Notes: generated from the letters alone by a model not told the origin. A stretch of 64,000 bases of DNA from an uncultured Trueperaceae bacterium (GCA_963815215.1 CAWFFU010000003.1:256001-320000); one strand, 5' to 3'; counted from the stretch's first letter, positions 22,499 through 32,454 are shown. Numbers and translations are program-made.

Positions 22499-23446
22499 TT
22501 AGGTAGCGGGGATTTCAGCGGCTTGGATGGAGCCGTTGACCATGGCGGCAACCTCGTCCAGGTAGGCGTCCATCGTGGCCAGCGATCGGTCATGGGTAGC
22601 GAGAGCGTCGAGCCAAATCGGGTAGGTCGGCGGGTGCACGACCATGGCGTCGCCCGCGTGCTTCTCGAGGCCGGGGTGAGGCCCGTCGAAGAGCGCACGT
22701 GCGTCGGCCAGATGCACGAGCGGGGCGGCAGGTTGAAGGTCGCTAGACCACGTGGTGACACTTGAGCGTCTGGCCGCGAGGGCGATGGTGCCGGCGCCGG
22801 CGGTGACGTCGATCAACCGCCCGCCTGTGGGAAGGTACGTCGCGATGATGCCTTCCACCACGAGCGTCGGCAGCAGCTCGGCTCGACGGAGGGTTCCCGC
22901 CTGGGCGGGATAGAGCCACATATCGCCTTGAGGTCTCGAGGCGTGCACGGCTTCGGGATCGGGTGGCATCCAGTCCGCATCGGGAGCACGGTCGGGGGTC
23001 TCAGGCCCGCGCTCCGTCTCGGTGTTCGCTGCCTGCTCTTGCGTGGCGAGCGCGCGACGGGCGGCGCGCTCGATGGCTGCGCTGAGGCCACGCGGCAGCA
23101 GGGCGGTCTCGCTCGAGGCTCGTCTTGCCGCGGCCCAGAGTGGCTCGAGCACGGCGCTTCGCACGCTCGGGTCGTCCAGGCGGTTCACGAGGCGTGCCAC
23201 GCGGAGGGGCAGACCGCGTTCGAGGGCTTCCGTGACGTCCGGTGCGAAGGTGCGAATCGAGAGCAGGTGGCGGGTCACGTAGCCCGGGCTGATGGCCGCC
23301 TGGTCCATGAGCTCACGGAGCTGCGGCGGCCAGGCGTCCCTCCCGGCCCGAAGGTGGCGTCGGAGAGCGCGGGTGGCCGCCTCGTCACCAGCTTCAGGGA
23401 CGGTCGCGAGCAGGCGGCAGTAGAGGCCGAGGGGCTCCTGTGGCAC
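22499..23446 (-). CDS. Helical (ParB-like HTH?) domain fused to a SAM-dependent methyltransferase-like domain, probably 3'-truncated
   Basis: Motif I-like LIDVTAGAGT, then SSDL, HLADAR and VVHPPTY (DPPY-like). The frame ends soon after, next to the islet edge. Confidence 0.5.
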   Translation of the reverse strand: MPQEPLGLYCRLLATVPEAGDEAATRALRRHLRAGRDAWPPQLRELMDQAAISPGYVTRHLLSIRTFAPDVTEALERGLPLRVARLVNRLDDPSVRSAVLEPLWAAARRASSETALLPRGLSAAIERAARRALATQEQAANTETERGPETPDRAPDADWMPPDPEAVHASRPQGDMWLYPAQAGTLRRAELLPTLVVEGIIATYLPTGGRLIDVTAGAGTIALAARRSSVTTWSSDLQPAAPLVHLADARALFDGPHPGLEKHAGDAMVVHPPTYPIWLDALATHDRSLATMDAYLDEVAAMVNGSIQAAEIPAT

Positions 23447-23629
23447 GGTGCCTCACTGTCGCACGCGGATTCGACCCAGTCGATCTAGAGGCCCAATTGC
23501 CGCTGGTCTTGCAGGTCGCCTAGGGCCCAGATCCTTCGGCCCGGACGTGCAACGTCGCTCGAGGGCAGGTTTGAGATGGCGGAGGGTGCGTTCTTCGGTT
23601 TGGGCGTGCCCACGTACGACGGAGGGCGC

Positions 23630-24373
23630 CTACGCGGCCAGGGCGGGGCGTCCCGAGCGCCGCAGCACCCACGCGGTGTAGCTGCCGAACACGACGATGT
23701 AGGCGACGGCGATGATGGCGGTGAGGGTCTCGTAGCCGGGACCGCTCACCACACCGTCGCCGGCGACGAAGCCGAACAGGTCCGTGCTGGCGTGCGCGGC
23801 GATGAGCGGGAGAAGGCGCCCTCCGGCCTCGAGCGCGGCGGCGAACGCGCACCCCAGCGCGAAGGCGTAGACGACCTGCAAGCCGGTGGTGAGCGGGTCG
23901 GCGCCTCGTGCGATGTTCATCAGGTGCATCACTCCGAAGATCGCGGCCGAGCCGACCACGGCGCGGCCGACGCCGAGCCTTCGGAGTGCGGTGTACACCA
24001 CCCCGCGGAACAGCACTTCTTCGGTGATCCCGACTAGAAGCGCGAGGAGGGCGAAGACGAGAACACGTTGCGGCCCCCAACTGCCGCCGAAGCGTAGCGC
24101 GAGCGCCAGCGTGACCACGGCGGGCAGGAAGAGCGGGGCACTGAGGGTGAAGGCGCGGCCCCAGGGCTGGGGCTGGATACCGGCGGCGCGTAGGCCGCCG
24201 CGGCGCCTCAGCACATACAGCCCGAGTAGAGCGAGAGGCACGTCGGCGAGGACGACGAGCATCTCTGCGGGCAGGTCGAAGATCTGGGTGACCGCGCCGG
24301 CGGCGAAGACGATGGCGATGGTGAGCACGATGGCGAACGCCGCTTGTCGGCGCGTGAAGGTGGATGCGTTCAT
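23630..24373 (-). CDS. CPBP (CAAX protease/Abi) family intramembrane metalloprotease
   Basis: EEVLFRG, FGVMH and HASTD motifs in a multi-TM protein. Confidence 0.88.
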   Translation of the reverse strand: MNASTFTRRQAAFAIVLTIAIVFAAGAVTQIFDLPAEMLVVLADVPLALLGLYVLRRRGGLRAAGIQPQPWGRAFTLSAPLFLPAVVTLALALRFGGSWGPQRVLVFALLALLVGITEEVLFRGVVYTALRRLGVGRAVVGSAAIFGVMHLMNIARGADPLTTGLQVVYAFALGCAFAAALEAGGRLLPLIAAHASTDLFGFVAGDGVVSGPGYETLTAIIAVAYIVVFGSYTAWVLRRSGRPALAA

Positions 24374-24592
24374 AGAGCCCCCGGGCTTCGGCGGGCGCGC
24401 GCTGTGGTCCGCGCCGGGAAGCCAGATACGGTGCCCTCCTGGCTTCGGCGGATCGCACGAAGGCCGGGAGGGTTCGGCTCCAGCACGGCGCAGGCGCGCG
24501 TGCGGGCCACCTGAACGCTAGCACTCCCGCGTCGCAGCTCACCCTTGTGGCGGGGCTGCAAGCGACACCAGGACGCCGTGCAGGCGCTGAGG

Positions 24593-24910
24593 TCAGGCGT
24601 TCTTGTTGTGCAGGGGGAGGCGCCCGTACGTATGGAGGTGCGTCTGCAGCAGCCACGCTTCGGCCAGGGCGGGCAGCACGCTGCGGCCGCCGGCGAGGAG
24701 GAGCGCCCAGGTGATGTCGAAGCCTTCGAGGTCGAGTTCGTCCATGCGGCGCTTGAAGAACGCCTCGCGCCACTCGCCCTTGCTCTGGTCGTTGTTGAGG
24801 CGTTCGGGGAGCGTCTGCCAGCCAGGCGTGCCCATCTGGCTCTTGGTGCCGCTGCGGCCGATGTAGAACCCGCCGGTGGCCGGTGCTGGGTGGTTCAGCT
24901 TGCTGGCATA
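24593..24910 (-). pseudogene. 5'-truncated GIY-YIG-like nuclease fragment
   Basis: FYIGRS...LPERL...AEAWLL...GRLPLHNK pattern; no convincing start between the tRNA and the YIG motif. Confidence 0.4.
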
Positions 24911-25043
24911 GTGTATCCACTGAAGGCTTGCCGGCAGGTTCAGTCGGCCAGAAATCGGCACACAATCGGCACACAAAAGGCAGCTGGGCCTCCCGAATCT
25001 CGGAAGGCCCAGCTTGCTTGTGCCGTCCTGGACGGCTTCTGCT

Positions 25044-25120
25044 TGGTCGGGGTGACTGGATTTGAACCAGCGACCACTTGACCCCCAGTCAAGTGCGCTA
25101 CCAGGCTGCGCTACACCCCG
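25044..25120 (-). tRNA. tRNA-Pro (anticodon GGG)
   Basis: CGGGGTGTAGCGCAGCCTGGTAGCGCACTTGACTGGGGGTCAAGTGGTCGCTGGTTCAAATCCAGTCACCCCGACCA: 77-nt cloverleaf with encoded CCA. Confidence 0.97.
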
Positions 25121-25156
25121 GAGGCAGGGCAACGACGCGCGCATCGCTGCCCTAAG

Positions 25157-25186
25157 AGTGTACGAGCGCCCTCACGTCAGCGTCAA
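25157..25186 (-). promoter_or_regulatory. tRNA-Pro promoter
   Basis: TTGACG (25186-25181)-18 nt-TACACT (25162-25157). Confidence 0.65.
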
Positions 25187-25212
25187 GCAGTTCGGGGGCT
25201 ACCCTCGGCCGT

Positions 25213-26634
25213 CTACTCGCTCCTCACCTCGAACGCGAGGAGAAACGCGGGAAGTTCCTCCCCGGGGTGGTCGGCGTGGTTGAGCATGGGCAGCTGGAGG
25301 TAGGTGGCGTTGGCGTCGGGGGTCGTGGGGCCGCCGGGTGAGACGACGTTCCCCTGATAGATCGATGGGTAGATGCCGAGGAAGTGCGTGCCCTCGCCGC
25401 CGGGGGCCTTGAGGTGGATGGTGACGTCGCCCTGGCTGTTGAAGCCGCATCCGTAGCCGATGTAGCCGTTGTCCAGCAGCACCGTGTAGATGTTGGCCGT
25501 CGCCGTCCAGCCCACGCCCTTCAGCGTGAACGTGATGTCGTCTCCTGGCGCCACGACCTGCGGTGACACCGCGGAGACGCTGGGCGTGATGGTGTAGCTC
25601 AGTGACGCGCTGGCATCGCCGGCCACAGCGCGCAAACGGTGGCCGCCGCCGAGGTCGTCGGGTGTGGGCAAGCTCAAGCTGAACGCACCCGACGCGTCGG
25701 CGGTGGTGTCGGTGAGAACGCGCTCGGACTCGTCCCAACCGCCGCCGCTGATGCGGTTGCCGGTGACGGTGCTCCAGTGCAACTGGACTGCTGCGTTCGG
25801 AGGGAAGCCGCTACCGTGGAGCGTCATCGGGCTACCGACAGGGCCGGACGCGTGGTCGGCATCGAGGGTCGGCCCCGTCCCCTTGCTCGCCGCGCTGCCA
25901 CGGCGCGGCAGGGTCTGCGTGGCCGGTCCCGGGGGTTGCACGGCGCTCCCCGCGGTCACCTCGAACACGGCCGAGAGCACGGTGGGGATCGCGGGTTTGT
26001 AGTTCGGTGACTGCTGCTGGTTGAGGTAGGCGACGGGATGCGTGCCCGAGATGGCCTGCAACGTGTGCACGCCGACGCCGCCGCTGGCGGGGAGGATCAC
26101 CACCGCGGTCCCGCGGCTGGTGATGGCGGACATCCAGCCGCTGTGGGCGCCGTCGTAGAGCAGGTGCCACACGGACTCCCAGAACCGGTAGCCGATGCCT
26201 GTCATGGTGATGGTGATCGGGGTGCCGACCGGGCCGGACGCCGGGGAGACCGCCAGCGTTGGAACGAGCGAGAATCCTTGCCGTGCCAGCCGCTCCCCAC
26301 CGGACTCGACGAAGAGGTTGTGCACGTAACCGTAGTCCTCGGGCACGGTGAAGGTCATCGTGGCCGTCCCGTCGGCCTCCGTGTCGGTGGCTGCGACCAC
26401 CGTGCGGGTCTCGGTCGCGGTGATGCCGTCGAAGGTGCCGTCGCCGACGTTCCAGTTGGCGTCGGCGCTCATCCAGGCGAGCTCCACCGTCGTGCCGGCG
26501 GCCAGGCCGCGGACTGTCGCGGCGACCTGCGTGCCGACGGGGCCACTCGCGGGGTGCAGCTCGAGCGTCCCCGGCAGCTGGGCGAACGCGAAGCCCGTCA
26601 GAAGGAGCAGGAGTCCTGGCAGGAAGCGCTTCAA
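25213..26634 (-). CDS. Secreted protein with repeated Ig-like (IPT/TIG-like) domains
   Basis: GAGGAG RBS, TTG start, signal peptide ([18 protein letters not shown]), three SGPVG(T/S) repeats plus a fourth related unit. Confidence 0.75.
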   Translation of the reverse strand: MKRFLPGLLLLLTGFAFAQLPGTLELHPASGPVGTQVAATVRGLAAGTTVELAWMSADANWNVGDGTFDGITATETRTVVAATDTEADGTATMTFTVPEDYGYVHNLFVESGGERLARQGFSLVPTLAVSPASGPVGTPITITMTGIGYRFWESVWHLLYDGAHSGWMSAITSRGTAVVILPASGGVGVHTLQAISGTHPVAYLNQQQSPNYKPAIPTVLSAVFEVTAGSAVQPPGPATQTLPRRGSAASKGTGPTLDADHASGPVGSPMTLHGSGFPPNAAVQLHWSTVTGNRISGGGWDESERVLTDTTADASGAFSLSLPTPDDLGGGHRLRAVAGDASASLSYTITPSVSAVSPQVVAPGDDITFTLKGVGWTATANIYTVLLDNGYIGYGCGFNSQGDVTIHLKAPGGEGTHFLGIYPSIYQGNVVSPGGPTTPDANATYLQLPMLNHADHPGEELPAFLLAFEVRSE

Positions 26635-26723
26635 GGTCGCTCCTCTCGTTGCACGTGTGTCAGCCGCCGAGCGCCGGCCTCCATCGTCGGCGCGGCGCAC
26701 GGCGGCTATCGCTACGTCTTCGG

Positions 26724-27209
26724 CTACTGCTGGGCCTGGATGGTCACGGAGTTGCCGCCGAACGCCTGTCCGATGGGTTCGAACGTGGCGGTGTTGCCTT
26801 GCGCGTCGATGACTTCGACGTGCCAGGCGTACGCGCCGGCGGGCGCGTCGGCGGGGATCACCCAGGGGCCACGGAAGAACGACGGGCCCGGCGGCATGTC
26901 GGTGCCACCTGCTGGTGCGAAGAACATGGGGACGTCGTCGTGCCCTTCGACCTTCACGCTCGCTTGCAGGCCACGTGCCTGCACGTCCTCGAACGCGAGC
27001 TCCGCACCGGTGACCGCGTCGATCACCGAAGCGCGGAACACGATCTTCTCGCCCGGGTAGAACACCGAGTTGGGCACGCACACGGGACCGTGCAGGACCG
27101 GCCCGTCGGCCCTCACCATGTCGGCCTTGACGAAGTACGTGGGATTGGCTAGCGCAGCGGTCAGGAACCACAACGCAGCTACGACGAACGACATCCGGAT
27201 CCGTCTCAT
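26724..27209 (-). CDS. Secreted beta-sandwich protein of unknown function
   Basis: AGGAGG RBS, signal peptide (ALA-N), VCVPNSVFYPGEKIVFR and WVIPADAPAG segments. Confidence 0.75.
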   Translation of the reverse strand: MRRIRMSFVVAALWFLTAALANPTYFVKADMVRADGPVLHGPVCVPNSVFYPGEKIVFRASVIDAVTGAELAFEDVQARGLQASVKVEGHDDVPMFFAPAGGTDMPPGPSFFRGPWVIPADAPAGAYAWHVEVIDAQGNTATFEPIGQAFGGNSVTIQAQQ

Positions 27210-27395
27210 GACCCCTCCTAGGGCGCTTCCGTCGGCAACGGCGACAGGTAGATTGTCGGAAGTTGACGCTCACTGTACGAGGCGAGGCCCGAGAGCACAA
27301 TCGCAGCGAGCACAGCGCGCGCGAGTACTCTTCCGGTATAGGGGCGTGCGCGAAGGTTCTCGCCTCCCTCGTCACCAGGCTCCTAGAATGACTTC

Positions 27396-28046
27396 ATGAC
27401 GTACCCGGCCAACGAGCCGCTCGAGCTGCTCGACGACGACGGCGCGCCGCTCGGGCGTGGCAAGGAGCGCGCGCGCGTCCACGCCGACGGCGACTGGCAC
27501 CGCGCCTTCCACCTGTGGGTGGTGCGGGAGGGGCGGATGGTGCTGCTGCAGCGTCGCTCGCGGCGCAAGGACCTCGAGGGCGGCCGGATCGACGTCACCG
27601 TCGGAGGGCACGTGCGGGTGGGGGAGACGCTCGTCGACATCGTGCGCGAGGCGGAGGAGGAGATCGGGCTGGTGGTGCGGCCCGGACAGCTCGTGTACCT
27701 CGGCAGCGCCCGCTCGGTGCGCAGCTACGCCGACGCCCTCGACCGCGAGGTGCAAGAGGTCTACGCGGTCCGGGACGAGCGTCCGCTGACCGAGTACGCG
27801 CTGGCGTGCGATGAGGTCGAGGTGCTCTATGAGGCGCCCGTCGAGCGGGCCATCGACCTCTATCGGGAGGGCCGTTACCTGGCCGCCGCCGGCTACGACT
27901 GCCAGCGACGCGTCAGCAACGCCCTGCTCATCGAGGACGACCTGATCACGCAAGGGCGCGCGCTCACGGCGCGCGCCCTGGAACGTCTGCGGGAGTGGTT
28001 GAGCGGAGCCGATCCCGCACCATGGGCCGATGAGCCCATCGCCTAG
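27396..28046 (+). CDS. Nudix hydrolase (IDI-like subfamily)
   Basis: HRAFHLWV, LLQRRS and Nudix box GGHVRVGE..REAEEEIG; TAGAAT -10 lies 6 nt upstream. Confidence 0.85.
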   Translation: MTYPANEPLELLDDDGAPLGRGKERARVHADGDWHRAFHLWVVREGRMVLLQRRSRRKDLEGGRIDVTVGGHVRVGETLVDIVREAEEEIGLVVRPGQLVYLGSARSVRSYADALDREVQEVYAVRDERPLTEYALACDEVEVLYEAPVERAIDLYREGRYLAAAGYDCQRRVSNALLIEDDLITQGRALTARALERLREWLSGADPAPWADEPIA

Positions 28047-28060
28047 GGGATCGCTCGGTC

Positions 28061-29716
28061 CTATCCCTGCAACACCGTCGGGACGATGAGTGGGTTACGG
28101 CCGGTGGCCTTGCGGATGTAGCGACGCACCGGGTAGAAGATGTCGTCCCGGATGTCGTTGAGCCGTCGCTTCTCGCGCACGCCCTTCTGCAGCCCCTCGA
28201 GCGCGATGCGCTCGATCTCCTTGACCAGCCCGTTGTCGCCCTGCGCCACGCCGCGGGTGATGACCTCCACCGACGGCTTGCGTCCGGCCAGCGCCATGAT
28301 GACGATGACGCCTTCGGCCGAGAGCATCTGGCGGTCGCGGATGACAGGTTCGGTGACCTCGTCGCCGGTCCGTCCGACACTGTCGATGAAGACCACGCCG
28401 GCGTCGACCTGGCCCACCACCTTGAGGTTGTCCTTGGTCAACTCGAGCACGTCACCGTTGTGCGCGATGAGCACCTTCTTGGGGGGGTGGCTCATGCCTT
28501 CGGCCAGCCGCTGGTGGTTGACCTGATGGCGCATCTCGCCGTGCCACGGCATGAAGAAGCGCGGCCGCGTGAGGTCGAGGATGAGCTTGAGCTCCTCCTG
28601 CGAGGCGTGCCCGGAGGCGTGAACCTTGTACGTCGGCGGGTAGAAGACGTTGACCCGGCGCTCGTAGAGCTGGTTGATGACGCGTCCCACCGCTTCCTCG
28701 TTGCCGGGGATGGGGTTGGACGACATGATGACGGTGTCGCCGGGCTTGAGGTTGATCTTGCGGTGGCTGCCCGAGGCCAGGCGGCTCAGGGCCGCCATCG
28801 GCTGTCCCTGCGAGCCGGTGCACAGGAACAGGAGCTTGTCGTCCTGCAGGTCGCCGACGTTCTCGCTGGCGACGAAGGGCTGCTTGAGCTCCAGGTAGCC
28901 GAGTTCCTGCGCGATGGTGGCGTTCTTGACCATCGAACGCCCCTCCATCACCACCCGGCGGTCGAACTTCTCGGCGATACGCACGAAGTTCTGGAGCCGG
29001 TGGACGTGGCTGGAGAAGGTGGTGACGATGACGCGCCCCCGCGCCTTCGCCACCAACTCGTCGACGGCGGCCATGACGTCGCGCTCGCTGGGGGTGTAGC
29101 CCGGCCGCTCGGCGTTGGTGGAGTCCGAGATGAGCAGCAATACGCCGTCCTCGCCGGCCTGCGCGAGCTTGTGCAGGTGGCTGGTCTTGCCGTCGGCGGG
29201 GTTGTAGTCGAGCTTGAAGTCACCCGAGTGCACCACCCGGCCCAGCGGCGTGTGGATGATCAGGCCGCTGTTGTCGGGGATCGAGTGTGTCATGCGGAAG
29301 AAGTCGACGGTGAAGTACTTGCTGATCTTGATGCGATCGTCGGGCGTGATCTCGTGCAGGTCGACGTCGTTCTCGGAGAGCTTGAACTCCTCGAACTTGC
29401 CGCGTAGCAGGCCCAGGGTGAGCTTGGCCCCGTACATCGGGATCTTGGGCAGCAGCTTGATCATGTAGGGCAGCCCGCCGATGTGGTCCTCGTGGCCGTG
29501 TGTCAGCACCCAACCCTTGATCTTGTGGGCGTTCTCGACCACCCAGTCGATCCTCGGGACCAGGATGTCGACGCCCAGCATGTCGGCGTCGGGGAACGCG
29601 AGCCCCCCGTCGATGAGCAGGATCTCGCCCTCGTACTCGAAGGCGAACATGTTCTTGCCGATCTCGCCCATGCCGCCTAGGGGGATGATGCGAAGTTTGC
29701 GGTCGTCCGCAGCCAT
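28061..29716 (-). CDS. rnj: Ribonuclease J
   Basis: PLGGMGEIGKNM, THGHEDHIG, HSIPD, DSTNAE, TGSQGQP, HASGH. Confidence 0.95.
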   Translation of the reverse strand: MAADDRKLRIIPLGGMGEIGKNMFAFEYEGEILLIDGGLAFPDADMLGVDILVPRIDWVVENAHKIKGWVLTHGHEDHIGGLPYMIKLLPKIPMYGAKLTLGLLRGKFEEFKLSENDVDLHEITPDDRIKISKYFTVDFFRMTHSIPDNSGLIIHTPLGRVVHSGDFKLDYNPADGKTSHLHKLAQAGEDGVLLLISDSTNAERPGYTPSERDVMAAVDELVAKARGRVIVTTFSSHVHRLQNFVRIAEKFDRRVVMEGRSMVKNATIAQELGYLELKQPFVASENVGDLQDDKLLFLCTGSQGQPMAALSRLASGSHRKINLKPGDTVIMSSNPIPGNEEAVGRVINQLYERRVNVFYPPTYKVHASGHASQEELKLILDLTRPRFFMPWHGEMRHQVNHQRLAEGMSHPPKKVLIAHNGDVLELTKDNLKVVGQVDAGVVFIDSVGRTGDEVTEPVIRDRQMLSAEGVIVIMALAGRKPSVEVITRGVAQGDNGLVKEIERIALEGLQKGVREKRRLNDIRDDIFYPVRRYIRKATGRNPLIVPTVLQG

Positions 29717-30026
29717 GACACTCCTCTCGTGTCCATCGGCATGGCCACACGCTGGCGACGTGGCGACCGGTACGGTCGTCCACGTCGGCAACGGCATGCG
29801 CCGCGCCGGAGTCGCTTGTTGCAAGGCCGTCCGGTCCGTTCACGGTCGGTCGTGCTCGCAAGATAGGAGGGACGTCGATCTCGCGTCGTCCCGGCCTCCC
29901 GGAGGAGGCGAGCCGCGGTCGGGCTTCGGTGCGCGTTCTGCGCGGCCCGGCCGGCGGTGTTGCGTTCGGTCCTGCGTGCGGTCCGCGCCGCTGGTATCAC
30001 ATAGGGTGCGGCGCGATCGCGCCGCG

Positions 30027-30056
30027 GGGCCTTCCCGTCGCGGAACGGGAAGGCCC
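30027..30056. terminator. Hairpin downstream of pnp
   Basis: Perfect 12-bp stem GGGCCTTCCCGT/ACGGGAAGGCCC with 6-nt loop; no U-tract. Confidence 0.55.
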
Positions 30057-30069
30057 GGATCTGCTCAGC

Positions 30070-32286
30070 TCAGCGCCGGTCGCGCGGACCGCGGCGATCG
30101 CCGCCCCGGCTGTCGCGCCCGCCGCGACCGCCGCCGCCACCACCACGGCGCCCGCCGCCGCTGCTGCGGGGCGCGATCTTGCCTTCGAGTTCGGGACGGA
30201 TCAGGTCGATCTTGCCGCGGTCATCGATGGTGTTGACCTTGACGCGGATGGTGTCGCCCTCCTTGAGGTGATCCTCGACGCGCTCCACGCGCTCCTCGGC
30301 GATCTGCGAGATGTGCAGCAGGCCGTCGGTGCCGGGGAAGAGGGTGATGAACGCGCCGAAGTCGGTCACCTTGGCGACCTTGCCGTCGTACTCCATACCG
30401 ATCTCGGCGGTGGCCGTCATCTCCTCGATACGTCGGGCGACCTCCGTTGCGACCCCGGCGTCCTCGCTGTAGATCTTGATGAGGCCGTCCTCCGCCACCT
30501 CGACGGTGCAGCCCAGCGCTTCGAGCTCGCGGATCTGTTTGCCGCCGGGCCCGATGACCGTGCCGATCTTGTCGACGGGGATGCGCACGCTCATGATCCG
30601 CGGGGCGCGCGGCGAGATCTCCTCGCGCGGCGCGGGAAGCGCTTCGCTCATCTTGCCGAGGATGTGCAGCCGGCCGGCGCGGGCCTGGGCCAACGCCTCG
30701 CGCATGATCGCCGGCGTGATGCCGGTGATCTTGATGTCCATCTGCAGAGCAGTGACCCCTTCGCCGGTGCCGGTCACCTTGAAGTCCATGTCGCCGAGCG
30801 CGTCCTCGGAGCCGAGGATGTCGCTCAGGATGGCGTAGCGTTCGCCTTCCTTGACCAGGCCCATGGCGATCCCGGCCACCGGCTTGCGGATCGGCACGCC
30901 GGCGTCCATCAGGGCCAGCGAGCCCGAGCACACCGAGGCCATCGAGCTCGAGCCGTTGGACTCGAGGGTCTCGGCCACGATCCGCAGCACGTAGGGGAAG
31001 TCCTCCTGGCCGGGGACCATCCGCACCAGGGCGCGCCGCGCCAGGTTGCCGTGGCCGACCTCGCGCCGCGAGGTGCCGCGCAGGCGCTTCACCTCACCCG
31101 TGGAGAAGGGCGGGAAGTTGTAGTGCAGCATGAACTCTTCGGTGTTCTCCAGGCCCAGGTCGTCGACCAGGCGGTTATCGCGGCCGGTGCCGAGGGTGGC
31201 GACGGAGAGTACCTGCGTCTCACCGCGCGTGAACACCGCCGAGCCGTGCGCCATCGGCAGCACGCCGGTCTCGATCCAGATGGGGCGGATCTCGTCGGGG
31301 CGGCGGCCGTCGGTGCGCTGGTTCTCCTCGAGCACCAAGCGCCGCATCTCGGCCTGCTCGGCCTTGTCGTAGGCGGCCTTGAGCTGCTTGAGTCGGTCGC
31401 CCGCTCCTTCGGCGTCGGCATCTGGCACCAGGCGTTCCAGGATGCCGTCACGGACGGCCCTGATGGCGTCGGCGCGCTCGTGCTTGCCCTTCGTGAGCAG
31501 GGCGTCGCGCAGGCCGGCGGTCGAGGCCTCGCGCTTCATCAGGTCGATGTCGACCGGGTCGAGCTCGATGGCCGGCTCGAAGCCCTTCTTGGGCTTGCCG
31601 ATGTCCTCGCGCATCTGTTCGATGAGCGCGACGACCGGCTTCAGCGCCTCGTGCGCGGCCTCGATGGCGCCCACCATGACATCCTCGGGCAGCTCGTCGG
31701 CGGCGGCCTCGACCATCATCACCGCGTCCTTGCTGGCGGCGACGGTGAGCTCGAGCTGCGAGCTGCCGTTCTGCAGCTCCTCGAGCGAGGGGTTGATGAG
31801 GTACTCGCCGTCGCGGTAGCCGACCACGCAGCAGGCCGTGGGCCCGTTCCAGGGCACGTCGCTGATCGACAGCGCGGCCGAGGCGCCGATGGCGGCCAGT
31901 GGGCCGGGTTCGGTCTTCTGGTCGGCAGACAGCACCGTGATGATGACCTGCACTTCGTTGCGCAGCTGCTTGGGGAACAGCGGCCGGATCTGGCGGTCGG
32001 TGATGCGGGCGTTCAACGTCGCCTGTTGGCCGGGCCGGCCCTCGCGTCGCAGGAACGAGCCGGGGATCTTGCCGATGGCGTAGTGGCGCTCCTCGTACTC
32101 GACCGTGAGCGGAAGGAACGGCAGCGGCGAGCCGCTGTCGTTCATGTGGGCGGTCACCAGCACCAGGGTGTCGCCGTAGCGGACGGTGACGCTGCCGGAG
32201 ACCTGCTTGGCGTACTTGCCGGTCTCGATGACGAGCTCACGCCCTCCGAGTTGTGTGGCGTAGCGTCGGTAGCTGGGTAGATTCAC
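30070..32286 (-). CDS. pnp: Polyribonucleotide nucleotidyltransferase
   Basis: DRQIRPLF, FTRGETQ, RREVGHG, SNGSSSMAS, GDMDFKV, plus KH and S1 domains. Confidence 0.97.
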   Translation of the reverse strand: MNLPSYRRYATQLGGRELVIETGKYAKQVSGSVTVRYGDTLVLVTAHMNDSGSPLPFLPLTVEYEERHYAIGKIPGSFLRREGRPGQQATLNARITDRQIRPLFPKQLRNEVQVIITVLSADQKTEPGPLAAIGASAALSISDVPWNGPTACCVVGYRDGEYLINPSLEELQNGSSQLELTVAASKDAVMMVEAAADELPEDVMVGAIEAAHEALKPVVALIEQMREDIGKPKKGFEPAIELDPVDIDLMKREASTAGLRDALLTKGKHERADAIRAVRDGILERLVPDADAEGAGDRLKQLKAAYDKAEQAEMRRLVLEENQRTDGRRPDEIRPIWIETGVLPMAHGSAVFTRGETQVLSVATLGTGRDNRLVDDLGLENTEEFMLHYNFPPFSTGEVKRLRGTSRREVGHGNLARRALVRMVPGQEDFPYVLRIVAETLESNGSSSMASVCSGSLALMDAGVPIRKPVAGIAMGLVKEGERYAILSDILGSEDALGDMDFKVTGTGEGVTALQMDIKITGITPAIMREALAQARAGRLHILGKMSEALPAPREEISPRAPRIMSVRIPVDKIGTVIGPGGKQIRELEALGCTVEVAEDGLIKIYSEDAGVATEVARRIEEMTATAEIGMEYDGKVAKVTDFGAFITLFPGTDGLLHISQIAEERVERVEDHLKEGDTIRVKVNTIDDRGKIDLIRPELEGKIAPRSSGGGRRGGGGGGRGGRDSRGGDRRGPRDRR

Positions 32287-32454
32287 GATCTCTCCTTCAC
32301 GGTCACGGTGCGGCACGGTCGCGGCCGCGACCCGCGCACGGGCTCACAGCCGACCGGCGAGGCAAACGTGGCCTCGCCGGAAGCGTCCTTCGACGTGGTG
32401 TGTGTTGCGGCTTGAACGGGGCAGTCGGGGGTCACGCTCGTCCGTTGCGACCCC

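Larger units (their letters stand above)
22284..25090. mobile_element. Integrase-less genomic islet remnant at tRNA-Pro(GGG)
   Basis: tRNA 3'-half direct repeats 2760 bp apart, GGCACACAATCGG inside both ends, and truncated cargo genes. Confidence 0.7.

Noticed and set aside
24911..25144. N-terminal part of the 183-aa ORF 24593-25144
   Set aside because: It reads through the tRNA-Pro gene and its hairpin; only the distal part looks protein-like.
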